From positions 10,699 through 74,698 of the forward strand of contig DASPSR010000052.1 in the NCBI GenBank assembly GCA_035623825.1: a stretch of 64,000 nt of DNA. The letters are read 5' to 3'. The translations under genes were made by a program, and so were the position numbers. Position 1 is the stretch's first letter, and the number at the start of each line of letters is the position of its first letter. The notes beneath the pieces are model-generated. The model was not told the origin of the DNA and did not search any database. It saw nothing but the letters and a program-made list of their open reading frames with translations. This DNA comes from Nitrospirota bacterium. Its GTDB lineage: Bacteria > Nitrospirota > UBA9217. This document shows positions 30,175 to 41,209 of the stretch, in pieces.

Positions 30175-31164
30175 ATGTCACTCTACGATCCTCTGCAGAG
30201 GCGCATCGATTACCTGCGGGTATCGGTCACCGACCGTTGCAACCTTGCGTGCGTATACTGCAAACCCAGGACAAAGATGAAAGTGCTGACGCACGATCAG
30301 ATCCTGCGATACGAGGAGATACTTCGTCTGGTAACGGTCGCGGCATCGCTCGGGATATCCCGTGTCCGCGTGACCGGCGGGGAACCACTCGTACGTCGTG
30401 GGATCATTGATTTTATCGCATCGCTGAGGGGGTGCGGCGGCATCAAGGATGTCAGCATTACCACCAACGGCGTTCTGCTCGAGGAAATGGCCGAAGCGCT
30501 CGCTGAAGCAGGCAAGCCCAGACTGAATATAAGCCTTGACTCGCTGAATGCCCGAAAATTCCACGAAATTACGGGAAGCGATTCCTGGGCGGCGGTATGG
30601 CGAGGGATCGCCCGCGCCGAAGAGATGGGTTTTTACCCGCTGAAGATTAACATGGTTCCCGTCAGGGGGATTAACGAGGACGAAGTGGCGGATTTCGCTC
30701 GACTCACGCTTGACCGCCGGATCCATGTCCGCTTTATCGAATTCATGCCGATTGGTGCGAACGATCGCTGGAAGCGGGACATATGCGTTACTTCGGACCA
30801 GGTGCGGAGCGTTATCGAGCAGGAGGTCGGACCGCTCATTCCGTACACCGAAGGAAAGACGGCGGGCCCTTCTGACAACTACCAGATACCCGGTGCGCAC
30901 GGGGTGATCGGCTTTATCAGCCCCATTACCAAACATTTTTGCGGAACATGCAGGCGCCTCAGACTGACTGCGGACGGCAGGATACGTCCCTGCCTGCTTT
31001 CGGATACCGAGATCGACCTGAAATCGCCCATGCGCGGGGGATGCGACGACAAAGAGCTGGAACGGCTGCTCAGGCTTTCACTCGAGATCAAGCCGGAGAG
31101 GCACTATATAGATGATCAAGGGGCCAGATGCTATAAACGGACCATGTCCAGAATCGGCGGATAG
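30175..31164 (+). CDS. moaA: GTP 3',8-cyclase MoaA
   Basis: YLRVSVTDRCNLACVYC, FCGTCRRLRLTADG..PCL, C-terminal RIGG. Confidence 0.97.
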   Translation: MSLYDPLQRRIDYLRVSVTDRCNLACVYCKPRTKMKVLTHDQILRYEEILRLVTVAASLGISRVRVTGGEPLVRRGIIDFIASLRGCGGIKDVSITTNGVLLEEMAEALAEAGKPRLNISLDSLNARKFHEITGSDSWAAVWRGIARAEEMGFYPLKINMVPVRGINEDEVADFARLTLDRRIHVRFIEFMPIGANDRWKRDICVTSDQVRSVIEQEVGPLIPYTEGKTAGPSDNYQIPGAHGVIGFISPITKHFCGTCRRLRLTADGRIRPCLLSDTEIDLKSPMRGGCDDKELERLLRLSLEIKPERHYIDDQGARCYKRTMSRIGG

Positions 31165-31301
31165 AGATCTAAATTCCGAATCACGATTGCCAGGCCCCTG
31201 ATAAGCGCTTGCAGCTTTTTTAACAAAACAGCTTGAAATTTGGCCTTTTGGGATTAATTTGTGATTTGCCCTTGAGATTTGCAACTCTTTATTGGTGAGC
31301 G

Positions 31302-31787
31302 ATGTCTAAACTAACTCATTTTGATGAACAAGGGGCCGCGCGCATGGTCGATGTCTCGAGCAAAGAAGAAACAGCACGCGAGGCTGTGGCTGCGGGCCGT
31401 GTCACCATGAAGGCCGAGACACTGAAGCTCATTCTCGACCGAAAAGTCGCCAAGGGAGATGTTTTTAGCGTCGCGAGGATCGCGGGAATCATGGCCGCCA
31501 AGAAGACCGCAGAGCTTATCCCCCTGTGTCACGCTCTGAACCTCACGTCTGTCGAGATAGCCTTTGAGCCGAACGAAACATCATCGTATGTTAATATCCA
31601 CGCCGCTGTCAAGACCACCGACAGGACCGGTGTCGAGATGGAAGCGCTCATCGCCGTTTCGGCAGCGGGGCTCACGATCTATGACATGTGCAAGGCCGTT
31701 GACCGGGCCATGACCGTCACCGACATCCGTCTGGTCAAAAAGGCAGGGGGTAAAAGCGGCACGTTTGAGCGAAAAAATGATACGTGA
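31302..31787 (+). CDS. moaC: cyclic pyranopterin monophosphate synthase MoaC
   Basis: LTHFD..G.ARMVDVS.K, LIPLCH, TGVEMEAL, YDMCKAVD. Confidence 0.97.
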   Translation: MSKLTHFDEQGAARMVDVSSKEETAREAVAAGRVTMKAETLKLILDRKVAKGDVFSVARIAGIMAAKKTAELIPLCHALNLTSVEIAFEPNETSSYVNIHAAVKTTDRTGVEMEALIAVSAAGLTIYDMCKAVDRAMTVTDIRLVKKAGGKSGTFERKNDT

Positions 31788-31845
31788 CGCATGATGCATG
31801 CGGAATCCATATGAGCCGCTCAATCCCGCAACGGAGAAGTGGACC

Positions 31846-32571
31846 ATGCCTGAACTCCGAATCGGCTGCAGCGGGTTTAGCTATCAGCACTGGCGAGGGA
31901 TATTCTACCCGGAGCAACTGGCAGAACGCAGGCGGCTTGGATATTACAGCAGCGTATTCTCTACCGTGGAACTCAACGTTACCTTCTACCGCCTGCCTCG
32001 GCCGGCTACCTTCGATCTATGGTATAAAGAAACCCCTCCTGACTTCCGATATTCGGTAAAAGGCAGCAGGTTCATCACCCATGTGAAGAGACTCCTCAGC
32101 ACGGAAGCCCCCCTCAAATTGTTCTTTGAACACACGCTGCGATTACAAGAAAAGCTCAAAGTCATCCTTTGGCAGCTCCCTCCGACGCTCAAGGGGAATA
32201 AGGAGAGGCTCGCCGCATTTATAGCGTTGCTCAAAAAATTCCCGGTTCGCAATGCCCTTGAGTTCAGGCATGAAAGCTGGATCGATACCGATGTCATGGA
32301 TCTCTGCAGGGATCATAACGTGAGCGTTTGCATGGCGGATTGGCCCAGGTTCATCGATGACCCGCCGCTGACGGCTGATTTCGTCTATATCCGAAGGCAC
32401 GGCGAAGGCGGGTCGTATGCTACACGCTATTCAGCGGCTCAACTGAACAAGGATGCGGCAAGGATAAGACAATACTTGAAAGATCATAGGGATGTCTTTA
32501 TTTACTTCAACAACGACGCTTTTGGCTATGCGCCGACAAACGCACGGGAACTGATGGAGATTTTGAAATGA
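31846..32571 (+). CDS. DUF72 family protein
   Basis: IGCSGFSYQHW.G.FYP, VELNVTFYR, EFRHESW, YFNND. Confidence 0.9.
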   Translation: MPELRIGCSGFSYQHWRGIFYPEQLAERRRLGYYSSVFSTVELNVTFYRLPRPATFDLWYKETPPDFRYSVKGSRFITHVKRLLSTEAPLKLFFEHTLRLQEKLKVILWQLPPTLKGNKERLAAFIALLKKFPVRNALEFRHESWIDTDVMDLCRDHNVSVCMADWPRFIDDPPLTADFVYIRRHGEGGSYATRYSAAQLNKDAARIRQYLKDHRDVFIYFNNDAFGYAPTNARELMEILK

Positions 32572-32656
32572 TCGGCGGTATTGAAAAAAAAACAAAAGAG
32601 CAGTACTATTCCACGACCGGCAAGCCGGAGAAGAAGACTAATCAGTGGAGATTGGG

Positions 32657-32914
32657 ATGAAAGAAAAACTTATGGAAGAAGAGAAAAGAATGAGGCGTCT
32701 TCGTTTCATTGTCGACCTTGCGCAGGCGATCCTCATGCAGCAAAACGACCTAACCCTGAAGGAAGCTTTCACAATAATGAAGGACACAAAAGCAGCGGCC
32801 CTGCACCTGTTCCCGGAGAAAGAAGACGTCTATGAACTCATCTATGCGCCGAGATTCCGCAGAATCATTGCCGAGCGTTTTGTGATTCCTGGCGGACTAT
32901 CGGGCGGGAACTGA
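32657..32914 (+). CDS. hypothetical protein
   Basis: GGAG RBS; helical ORF with LFPEKEDVYELIYAPRFRR. Confidence 0.65.
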   Translation: MKEKLMEEEKRMRRLRFIVDLAQAILMQQNDLTLKEAFTIMKDTKAAALHLFPEKEDVYELIYAPRFRRIIAERFVIPGGLSGGN

Positions 32915-33030
32915 GCATCTTGCATTCCTCCCGCGGCAGCAATGACACCATGGGCTTTTCATTTTACCCTTCCTCAAGTGGCAGTCTAACCCAGAGAGTT
33001 AAAAAAACAATAAATACAGCATATTACATA

Positions 33031-33071
33031 TTAGCACTCTACTTGACAGAGTGCTAATATTGTGCTATAAA
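33031..33071 (+). promoter_or_regulatory. CIRCE operator (HrcA) overlapping a sigma70 promoter
   Basis: TTAGCACTC-N9-GAGTGCTAA at 33031-33057. The -35 TTGACA (33043-48) lies in the spacer and TATAAA is 17 bp downstream. Confidence 0.95.
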
Positions 33072-33300
33072 TAAAGTGCGAAAATAAAAGCAGCATAAGG
33101 AGGTGAACATCGGTGAAATAAAGACCTTTAAGGATATGGTTGAATTTACCTCTGAGATCTCCACAAGACAGACACTTCGTCGATTTTCGTCAGGCTTCAC
33201 CAGCCGCGGCCTGGGGAGATGAGCTCAGGTTAAATAAGCATTTTGATGTGGAGATGTTGAAAAATCTAGCCCATGAAGGGATAAAAGAGGAGGGATGGAT

Positions 33301-33831
33301 ATGAAAAGCATAACTCGTTGGGATCCCTTTAATGTCATGAGGAGCTGGGATCCTTTTGATGAACTTCATGAAATGCAAAGAGGCATGGACAGGCTATTTG
33401 ACCGCTTTTTTGGGAAAATGGGAAGGGACCTGAAGCCTCTAGAGCATGTTGCCGCGTGGACGCCGTCGATTGAAAGCTACATGAAAGAAGGACATCTCGT
33501 GTTCAAAGCTGAGCTCCCGGGTTTGGATCCGAAGGATCTGGATGTAAGCATCGTTGACAGAGAACTGGTAATCAAGGGCGAGCGGAAATCGGAGAAAGGC
33601 GCGAAGGAAGAGGATTATATCTATCGGGAGATCACCTACGGCTCTTTTGAGAGGCGTTTCCTGCTGCCAGAGGGTGTAAAGACCGAAGAATTGAAGGCAA
33701 AATACACCAACGGTATCCTTGAGATTACGGTGCCGGCGCCCGCTGTTGCCAAGGCGCGCAAGATCGAAATCGAAGCACCCAAGGGAACGAAAGTGGTCGA
33801 GGGTGAGGTTGCCGCAAAAAAGGCAGCGTAA
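33301..33831 (+). CDS. small heat shock protein Hsp20/alpha-crystallin family
   Basis: Duplicated WDPF N-terminus, AELPGL, YGSFERRF.LP, YTNGILEITVP, IEI motif. Confidence 0.93.
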   Translation: MKSITRWDPFNVMRSWDPFDELHEMQRGMDRLFDRFFGKMGRDLKPLEHVAAWTPSIESYMKEGHLVFKAELPGLDPKDLDVSIVDRELVIKGERKSEKGAKEEDYIYREITYGSFERRFLLPEGVKTEELKAKYTNGILEITVPAPAVAKARKIEIEAPKGTKVVEGEVAAKKAA

Positions 33832-33885
33832 AACAACCCAGGGTTCAATGAACTGCTTCCGATGCCCTGATTACACGAAGGGAGG

Positions 33886-33922
33886 GCCATCCTGCATATG
33901 AAGCAGCAGGATGGTTTTTTTT
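33886..33922 (+). terminator. intrinsic terminator after hsp20
   Basis: GCCATCCTGC-loop-GCAGGATGGT followed by a T run. Confidence 0.75.
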
Positions 33923-33958
33923 GCCCTGGGCAGTAAAATTCATGCTACTAATAAGCAC

Positions 33959-34015
33959 TTGACACAAAGGAACCCATGTGCTAAATTATTAGCACTCTAT
34001 TGCTATGAGTGCTAA
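33959..34015 (+). promoter_or_regulatory. sigma70 promoter plus CIRCE operator for hrcA-grpE-dnaK-dnaJ
   Basis: TTGACA-N17-TAAATT, then TTAGCACTC-TATTGCTAT-GAGTGCTAA at 33989-34015. Confidence 0.95.
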
Positions 34016-34030
34016 TAGGAATGTAACGGG

Positions 34031-35086
34031 TTGTTAGAAATGGAGTTAGAAGAAAGGTATAGGAGAGTACTACAGTCTGTCATAGACAGCTATATTGCGA
34101 CCGGGATCCCGATTGGTTCGCACGTTCTGGCAAGGCGCTATGACTTCGGGTTGAGCTCCGCAACGCTCCGGAACATCATGGCCGAACTTGAGGAAATGGG
34201 TTATCTGACCCATCCACATACTTCGGCCGGCAGGATACCCACGGACTGGGGGTACCGGTATTATATTGACACCCTGATAAGCATACATAACGAGACCGAC
34301 GATATCGAAGACCATTTGCGTCAGACACCTCCGCCGCACAGTGGGGATCTCCATGAGCTCATGGCGGAGGCCAGCCAGTTCCTCGCAGCCCTCTCTCACT
34401 GTGCAGCCGTCGTAATCGCGCCATCCGAGCCCGAGGGGAGATACAGGCATGTAGAATTCGTGCGTCTGCGCGGGAGACAGGTGCTCATTATCTTCGTCAC
34501 GAGCACTGGAATCGTCCAGAACAAGCTCATCGAACTGGACGAATCCATCCAGCAGCACGATTTGAACACATTCAGCGTTTATCTCGATGAGGAGCTCGTG
34601 CACCACTCCTTATCCGAGATCCGGCAGCGGCTCGTTGAAAAGATGAATGAAGAAAAGCGCCTCTTCATGCGCCTGATGGAGCAGACATACCGGGCCAGCC
34701 AGGAGGTGCAGGAGCGGGACGTCGAGAAGGTATATATTGGCGGAGCATCCCAGATACTCGAGAACCCCGAGTTCGCGAACGTCGACAAGATGCGATCGCT
34801 GTTCAAAGCTCTGGAGGACAAATACAAGCTGCTCAAGCTCCTCGACCGGAGCGTAGCCGCCGAGGGAATCAAAGTCTTCATCGGATCAGAAAATCCTTAT
34901 TTCGAAATGCAGGGGTGCAGCCTGGTTGTCAGCAGCTACAAAGCGGGAGAGAGCATTATCGGCACCTTGGGAGTGATCGGCCCCACGCGGATGAAGTATA
35001 GGCAGGTGATCCAGGTCGTGGATTATACGGCAAAGCTGGTGAGCAAGCTTCTGGATGAGCGGTTTCAGAAAGGTATCAAACGATGA
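34031..35086 (+). CDS. hrcA: heat-inducible transcription repressor HrcA
   Basis: SSATLRNIMAELEEMGYLTHPHTSAGRIPT and GVIGPTRM.Y; alternative ATG at 34040. Confidence 0.97.
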   Translation: MLEMELEERYRRVLQSVIDSYIATGIPIGSHVLARRYDFGLSSATLRNIMAELEEMGYLTHPHTSAGRIPTDWGYRYYIDTLISIHNETDDIEDHLRQTPPPHSGDLHELMAEASQFLAALSHCAAVVIAPSEPEGRYRHVEFVRLRGRQVLIIFVTSTGIVQNKLIELDESIQQHDLNTFSVYLDEELVHHSLSEIRQRLVEKMNEEKRLFMRLMEQTYRASQEVQERDVEKVYIGGASQILENPEFANVDKMRSLFKALEDKYKLLKLLDRSVAAEGIKVFIGSENPYFEMQGCSLVVSSYKAGESIIGTLGVIGPTRMKYRQVIQVVDYTAKLVSKLLDERFQKGIKR

Positions 35087-35688
35087 AGAAAGAGTTTGAA
35101 GACGTTAGAGAAGAGGACGAAGAGTGGAACGCTGCGTCGCATGAGAAGGGCGAGGAGGGTGCCGTGTCCGCGATTCCGGAAGAGGAGTCAGACAAGCTCA
35201 AAAAGGCGCTCGAACGGAAAACAAAAGAGGCCGCAGACGAGCACGATAAATATCTCAGACTCTATGCGGAATTCGACAATTACCGCAAGCGCATGCAGCG
35301 TGATCTCGCGGATTTCCGTAAATACGCGAACGAACAGCTCGCTTTGGAACTCTTGAGCGTAGCGGACCATCTGGGCCTTGCCCTCAAGCACGCGGCAGAT
35401 AGTGGCGAGACGGTACAGGGTTTACGCGAGGGAGTGGAGCTTGTGCTTAAGCAGCTCCGCGATGTGCTCGAGAAATTCGGAGTCAAGGCATTCTCGGCTG
35501 CCGGACAGCCCTTCGATCCAGCCCAGCATGACGCCATGATGCAGACGATCACGGACGAGGTGCCCGAGAACACAGTGGTGGATGTAATGCAGGAGGGCTA
35601 CTTGTACCACGACAAGGTGTTACGCCATGCTAAGGTGAGTGTATCTAAGAAACCGCAGGGGGAAGATGAAGAGGCGGTTAGTGAGTAA
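35083..35688 (+). CDS. grpE: nucleotide exchange factor GrpE
   Basis: LRLYAEFDNYRKR, FDPAQHDA, GYLYHDKVLRHAKV. Confidence 0.97.
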   Translation: MKKEFEDVREEDEEWNAASHEKGEEGAVSAIPEEESDKLKKALERKTKEAADEHDKYLRLYAEFDNYRKRMQRDLADFRKYANEQLALELLSVADHLGLALKHAADSGETVQGLREGVELVLKQLRDVLEKFGVKAFSAAGQPFDPAQHDAMMQTITDEVPENTVVDVMQEGYLYHDKVLRHAKVSVSKKPQGEDEEAVSE

Positions 35689-35828
35689 AGTACAAAGCAC
35701 GAAGATCGGAGTCCTATAATTTCCAAGCCCGATCGTTCGAATTTCTGCATAGTTTCAGTTTTGCATTTCGGTTCTGATGTTTTTTAGGGTTTACGATTCT
35801 GTATTCCGAAATTTTCAAGGAGGCTTTT

Positions 35829-37754
35829 ATGGGAAAAGTGATAGGAATTGATCTGGGGACGACTAACTCCTGCGTTGCGGTCATGGAAGGCGGCGAGCCT
35901 GTCGTTATCCCGAATTCAGAAGGCAGCCGTACCACCCCATCCGTAGTAGCCGTCACCGAGAGCGGAGAACGGCTTGTGGGCCAGATCGCGAAGCGGCAGG
36001 CGATCACCAACCCCGATAACACGATATTCTCGATCAAGCGGCTCATCGGCAGAAAATACGATTCACAGGAGGTGACCGCGGCGAGGAAACATCTGCCGTA
36101 CAAGATTGTGAAGGCCGCGAACGGCGATGCCCATGTGGAGATCCGAGGCAAGGCTTACAGCCCTGCGGAGATTTCCGCGATGATTTTGACGAAAATGAAG
36201 CAGACCGCCGAGGACTACCTGGGTGAAAAAGTGACCGACGCGGTGGTCACTGTGCCGGCGTATTTCAACGACAGCCAGCGTCAGGCCACAAAGGACGCCG
36301 GCCAGATCGCGGGGCTGAACGTGCTCCGTATCATCAACGAACCTACGGCCGCATCCCTGGCATACGGCATGGACAAGAAGAAGGACGAGACAATAGGGGT
36401 GTACGACCTGGGCGGCGGCACGTTCGATATCTCGATCCTTGAACTCGGAGAGGGTGTGTTCGAGGTGAAGTCGACGAACGGCGATACGTTCCTGGGCGGA
36501 GACGATTTCGACGAACGGATCATCAAGTGGCTGGCGGATGAGTTTTTAAGGGACCAGGGTATCGACCTGCGCAAGGACAAAATGGCGCTCCAACGCCTCA
36601 AAGAGGCAGCGGAGAAGGCGAAGTGCGAACTGTCCACGGTCATGGAGACAGAGATCAACCTGCCATTCATCACCGCCGACGCCAGCGGGCCGAAGCACCT
36701 GCTCTACAAGCTGTCGCGAGCTAAGCTTGAACAGCTTGTAGACGATCTTGTCAAGAAGAGCATCGAACCGGTCAGGAAGGCGCTGAGCGACGCCGGCAAG
36801 AGCGTGGAGCAGATCAACGAAGCGGTCCTCGTGGGCGGTATGACGCGCATGCCCAAGGTGATACAAACGGTGAAGGAGTTCTTCAAGAGGGAGCCGCACC
36901 GCGGCGTCAACCCCGATGAGGTCGTGGCTATTGGTGCCGCCATCCAGGGCGCAGTGCTCACCGGACAGGTGAAGGACGTTCTGCTTCTCGATGTGACGCC
37001 GCTGTCCCTCGGCATCGAGACCCTCGGCGGCGTGACGACGCGTCTTATTGAGCGAAACACAACGATCCCGACCAAGAAGAGCCAGGTGTTCTCCACGGCG
37101 TCGGACAATCAGACCGCCGTGTCCATCCACGTGCTTCAGGGAGAGCGTGAGATGGCGATGGACAACAAGACCCTCGGCAGGTTCGAACTGGTCGGTATTC
37201 CACCTGCGCCGCGCGGTATTCCTCAGATCGAGGTGACCTTCGACATCGACGCGAACGGCATTGTGCACGTCCTGGCCAAGGACCTCGGCACAGGCAGGGA
37301 GCAGTCGATCAAGATCACGGCGTCGAGTGGGCTGAGCAAGGACGAGATCGAGAAGGCGCTCAAAGAGAGCGAGGCGCACTCAGCGGAAGACAAGAAGAAG
37401 CGCGAGTTCGCCGAGGCGCGGAACGAGGCTGATACCCTTATCTATTCAGTTGAGAAGTCCGTGGCTGATTACGGCTCAAAGCTCTCAGAGGCGGAACGAT
37501 CTGACATCCAGAAGGCTCTCGAACATGCGAAGAGCGTGAAGGACGGTACGGACATCGATGCCATCAAAAAGGCCGTGGCCGATCTCTCCAAAGCGTCACA
37601 TAAGCTCGCGGAGGAAGTCTACTCCAAGATGAGCAGGGAGCAGGGTCAGGCGGGCACCGGCGGGGCTGCCGGGAGCACGGCCGGAGAAGGCCGCAAGCCC
37701 GAGGAAAAGGTCGTTGACGCAGAGTTCGAAGACGTAGACAAGGACAAGAAGTAA
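35829..37754 (+). CDS. dnaK: chaperone DnaK
   Basis: [35 protein letters not shown]. Confidence 0.99.
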   Translation: MGKVIGIDLGTTNSCVAVMEGGEPVVIPNSEGSRTTPSVVAVTESGERLVGQIAKRQAITNPDNTIFSIKRLIGRKYDSQEVTAARKHLPYKIVKAANGDAHVEIRGKAYSPAEISAMILTKMKQTAEDYLGEKVTDAVVTVPAYFNDSQRQATKDAGQIAGLNVLRIINEPTAASLAYGMDKKKDETIGVYDLGGGTFDISILELGEGVFEVKSTNGDTFLGGDDFDERIIKWLADEFLRDQGIDLRKDKMALQRLKEAAEKAKCELSTVMETEINLPFITADASGPKHLLYKLSRAKLEQLVDDLVKKSIEPVRKALSDAGKSVEQINEAVLVGGMTRMPKVIQTVKEFFKREPHRGVNPDEVVAIGAAIQGAVLTGQVKDVLLLDVTPLSLGIETLGGVTTRLIERNTTIPTKKSQVFSTASDNQTAVSIHVLQGEREMAMDNKTLGRFELVGIPPAPRGIPQIEVTFDIDANGIVHVLAKDLGTGREQSIKITASSGLSKDEIEKALKESEAHSAEDKKKREFAEARNEADTLIYSVEKSVADYGSKLSEAERSDIQKALEHAKSVKDGTDIDAIKKAVADLSKASHKLAEEVYSKMSREQGQAGTGGAAGSTAGEGRKPEEKVVDAEFEDVDKDKK

Positions 37755-37769
37755 CAGAATGCACGACTC

Positions 37770-37818
37770 AAGAGGATAGCAGGGAAAGGGTTGTCGCGAA
37801 CCTGCTGTCCTCTTTTTT
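37770..37818 (+). terminator. terminator/attenuating hairpin after dnaK
   Basis: AAGAGGATAGCAGG...CCTGCTGTCCTCTT followed by TTTT. Confidence 0.7.
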
Positions 37819-38022
37819 GTGAATAACGCCAAGACAGGCATGGAGACACGGGGAAAAGCCAAATCCCATGCTTCAAACCACGAGTCACAAATCAATGGCA
37901 GATTCCCGGATGCCGGGAGTCTTGAGATGGATGTTCGAGATTTGATTGTGATTTGACTGAACGTTCAGGCTTCCCCAAGCTCTTTTTTGATCTGTGGTGT
38001 CTTGCGTTTCATGAAGGATATT

Positions 38023-39138
38023 ATGGCAACGGATTATTATGATCTGCTTGGTGTTCACCGGAACGCGACTGATGCCGAGATCAAACGCGCCTACCGCAGG
38101 CTTGCGCACGAGTACCACCCGGACAAAAATCCTGACAACAAGGCGGCCGAGGAGAAGTTCAAGGAAATTAACCAAGCGTATGAGGTCCTATCCGACGCGC
38201 AGAAACGCGCTTACTACGACCAGTACGGGACGATTCCCGGAGCACAGGGCGGCCCGGGCTTCGGCGGGTTCGGCGCCGGCATGGGCATGGGCGACATTTT
38301 CGGCGATATCTTCGAGGAATTCTTCGGCGGCCGCGGCAGGGCGCGGGCAACAGCGGGAGAAGACCTCCGTTACAATCTCCGGATAAGCTTCGAAGATGCG
38401 GCGTCAGGAACGACGACCAAGATCCGCGTCCCCCGCTGGGAGCGCTGCTCCGAATGCGAAGGAAGCGGAGCCAAGCCGGGTACCTCGCCGGTAACGTGCA
38501 CGGTTTGCCATGGCGCGGGCCAGATCCGTACTCAGCAGGGGTTCTTCAGCATCAGCCGTACCTGTTCGCGCTGCGGCGGAGAAGGCAAGATCATCACCGA
38601 CCCCTGTCCGACGTGCCGAGGCCGGAAGCGAGTGGAGCGTGAACGCACGCTGTCAGTTAAGATCCCGGCCGGCGTGGAGACCGGCAATACCATTCGCTTG
38701 ACGGGTGAAGGCGAACTTGGTTCATACGGCGGACAACCCGGAGACCTCTATGTGTACCTTGCAGTGGATGAACACCCGCTGTTTAAACGGGAAGGGCAGG
38801 ACATCATCTGCGATGTGCCGATCAGCTTTGCTCATGCGGCGCTCGGCGAGGAGATCGAGGTTCCCACGCTCACCGGGAGCACCAAATTGAAGATCCCGGC
38901 AGGAACCCAGCCAGGCCATGTCTTCAGGCTGCGCGGGAAGGGTTTCCCGTTCCTGCGCGGTTCGGGTTCCGGCGACCAGCTCTGCAGGGTTGTTGTCGAA
39001 GTGCCATCAAAGCTCACCACTCGCCAAAAAGACCTGCTTCGAGAGTTTGAAAGCCTCAGCGGTGACACGGCAACGCCAATTACGAAGGGATTTTTGGAAA
39101 AGGTCAAGGAGATCTTTGGCGAGAAGGCTAAGAAATAA
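38023..39138 (+). CDS. dnaJ: chaperone DnaJ
   Basis: J-domain HPD, G/F region, four CxxCxGxG-type repeats. Confidence 0.98.
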   Translation: MATDYYDLLGVHRNATDAEIKRAYRRLAHEYHPDKNPDNKAAEEKFKEINQAYEVLSDAQKRAYYDQYGTIPGAQGGPGFGGFGAGMGMGDIFGDIFEEFFGGRGRARATAGEDLRYNLRISFEDAASGTTTKIRVPRWERCSECEGSGAKPGTSPVTCTVCHGAGQIRTQQGFFSISRTCSRCGGEGKIITDPCPTCRGRKRVERERTLSVKIPAGVETGNTIRLTGEGELGSYGGQPGDLYVYLAVDEHPLFKREGQDIICDVPISFAHAALGEEIEVPTLTGSTKLKIPAGTQPGHVFRLRGKGFPFLRGSGSGDQLCRVVVEVPSKLTTRQKDLLREFESLSGDTATPITKGFLEKVKEIFGEKAKK

Positions 39139-39443
39139 CGATGAGCTGGAACTGAAGAGTCGGGTGACGATTTGATGAAATCGCCGTGGATGATACCCGC
39201 TGGGGAGTGCAGCTTCCGCCTCGATTAGCACCACCCATTTCGTGATATTGCGTTTATACCTGCGTCGGACTCCAGTGAGCCACATGAGAAGCAGAGCGGT
39301 GCAGCCTTGATTTGTGTCGTTATTAGAGCCCGAAAAAAGCCCGCCCTTCATGATGAACATCGCGTGTTTCCTTCGGGCGGGCATGATACGTGTCTCCCCC
39401 TGCTTCATGCTGATGGCTGCAGTCATGTTTATCCTGGAGGGCC

Positions 39444-40220
39444 ATGATTCCCTATCCTCATATCGAACCTGAGATCATGCGTGTCGGGCCTTTTGCCGTG
39501 AGGTGGTACGGCCTGATGTACCTGATCGGATTTGCGGCGTCCTACGTTCTGGTCAAGTACCAGGTAAAGAAACGAGGTCTTGCCCTGACTGCGGATTTTC
39601 TCGACATCCTCTACACGTGGATCTTTCTCGGCCTTGTGGTCGGCGCGCGTCTGGGGTATGTGATTTTTTACGATCTGTCTTCCTACATCAGCCATCCTCT
39701 GGAAATATTCGCGGTCTGGCATGGGGGAATGTCGTTCCACGGCGGATTGATCGGGAGCGTGCTAGCCGGAGTATGGTGCTGCCAGCGCTTCAAGGCGGAC
39801 CCGTGGCAGGTCGCGGACCTTGTCATGGTGACTGCGCCGATCGGGCTGGGTTTCGGCAGGCTCGGGAATTTCATCAACGGCGAGCTTTTCGGCCGGGTCA
39901 CCGATGTGCCGTGGGGAATGGTGTTTCCTGCCGGCGGACCGTACCCGCGCCATCCTTCGCAGATCTACGAGTTCTTGCTTGAAGGTTTCGTGCTCTTTAC
40001 CGTCCTGTGGATCATGAAGGACAGGTTAAAGAGGACCGGATTGCTCACAGCGCTGTTCGTCATGCTGTATGGTGTGTTAAGGTTTTTCGCTGAATTTTTC
40101 AGGGAGCCCGACCCGCAGCTCGGTTTCATCGTGGGCCCGTTCACCATGGGTCAGCTCTTGAGTTCGCTCATGGTGCTTGCCGGAGGAGCGCTCCTGTACG
40201 TGAGGCGAAAAAGACAGTAG
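39444..40220 (+). CDS. lgt: prolipoprotein diacylglyceryl transferase
   Basis: VRWYGLMY, GGMSFHGG, GRLGNFINGELFGR, RHPSQIYE. Confidence 0.97.
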   Translation: MIPYPHIEPEIMRVGPFAVRWYGLMYLIGFAASYVLVKYQVKKRGLALTADFLDILYTWIFLGLVVGARLGYVIFYDLSSYISHPLEIFAVWHGGMSFHGGLIGSVLAGVWCCQRFKADPWQVADLVMVTAPIGLGFGRLGNFINGELFGRVTDVPWGMVFPAGGPYPRHPSQIYEFLLEGFVLFTVLWIMKDRLKRTGLLTALFVMLYGVLRFFAEFFREPDPQLGFIVGPFTMGQLLSSLMVLAGGALLYVRRKRQ

Positions 40221-40338
40221 GGTCCCGCCGCTTTCTCGGTATGCATACCGGCCCTTCCTCCTGACGACCGTTCGTTCAAATGATGAAATATTTGTTGTCA
40301 TGAGGCCTTTGGATAGTATAATATGGTGGCCTTCTCCT

Positions 40339-40959
40339 ATGGACACGATAATCTTTCTCAAGGGACTCATCCTCGGCTTTGTGATTGCCGCGCCTGTCGG
40401 TCCAATCGGCATTCTCTGCGCGCGGCGCACACTGACGCACGGACGGCGCGCAGGCTTCTTCTCCGGCATAGGGGCGGCCACTGCGGATGCCATCTATGGT
40501 TTCGTCGCAGCCTTCGGCCTCACGATCGTATCAAACTTTCTGATCGGACACCAGTTCTGGCTCAGGCTCGTTGGCGGCGCGGTCCTGTGTTTATTGGGAG
40601 CAAGAACGCTCTTCATGCAGCCTGAGGGAAAAGAAGACATCCCGCCGTCGATGAGAAAATACGCCGGAATGTACACATCGACGTTCTTTCTTACGCTCAC
40701 CAATCCCATGACGATCTTTTCTTTTGCCGCGGTCTTTGCCGGGTTCGGCCTTGCGGGCACGAAAGGGAGCTTGGTCTCCGCCGGCATCCTGATTCTCGGG
40801 GTATTCCTCGGCTCAACGTTCTGGTGGCTCCTCCTGGTCGGTGTTTTCACGATCTTCAGAAGAAGGTTCGAGCATCATGAACTCCAGTGGATAAACAGGA
40901 TCGCCGGTGTTATCATCGCCGGATCCGGAATTCTTGCACTGTTAAGCCTGGAATGGTAA
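40339..40959 (+). CDS. LysE family exporter
   Basis: IAAPVGPIGILC, G.ATADAIYG, LTLTNPMTI. Confidence 0.9.
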   Translation: MDTIIFLKGLILGFVIAAPVGPIGILCARRTLTHGRRAGFFSGIGAATADAIYGFVAAFGLTIVSNFLIGHQFWLRLVGGAVLCLLGARTLFMQPEGKEDIPPSMRKYAGMYTSTFFLTLTNPMTIFSFAAVFAGFGLAGTKGSLVSAGILILGVFLGSTFWWLLLVGVFTIFRRRFEHHELQWINRIAGVIIAGSGILALLSLEW

Positions 40960-41209
40960 AAAACGCCTTGTATATTTGGAAGTTAATCATTCCGAACCTA
41001 TTTTCAGTTTACATTTCCTGTCGCAATTTCCTCCTCGCTGTTCACTCAATCGCACTCTCTTGAATTTGCCGGCGAAAAAAGCAACTAAATGAAAAAAATT
41101 GCGCCCTAGGCAAAGAATGAAAGAACGGACATGACAGCTTGACAACTCATAAAACAGTGCTATGAATTTACATATACGGATTTATAATTTCTGGAGGGGG
41201 AGGTGCGCC

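Noticed and set aside
33952-33984. Second, degenerate CIRCE-like pair TAAGCACTT...ATGTGCTAA
   Set aside because: The spacer is 15 bp rather than 9 and the halves overlap promoter elements; not supportable as an operator.
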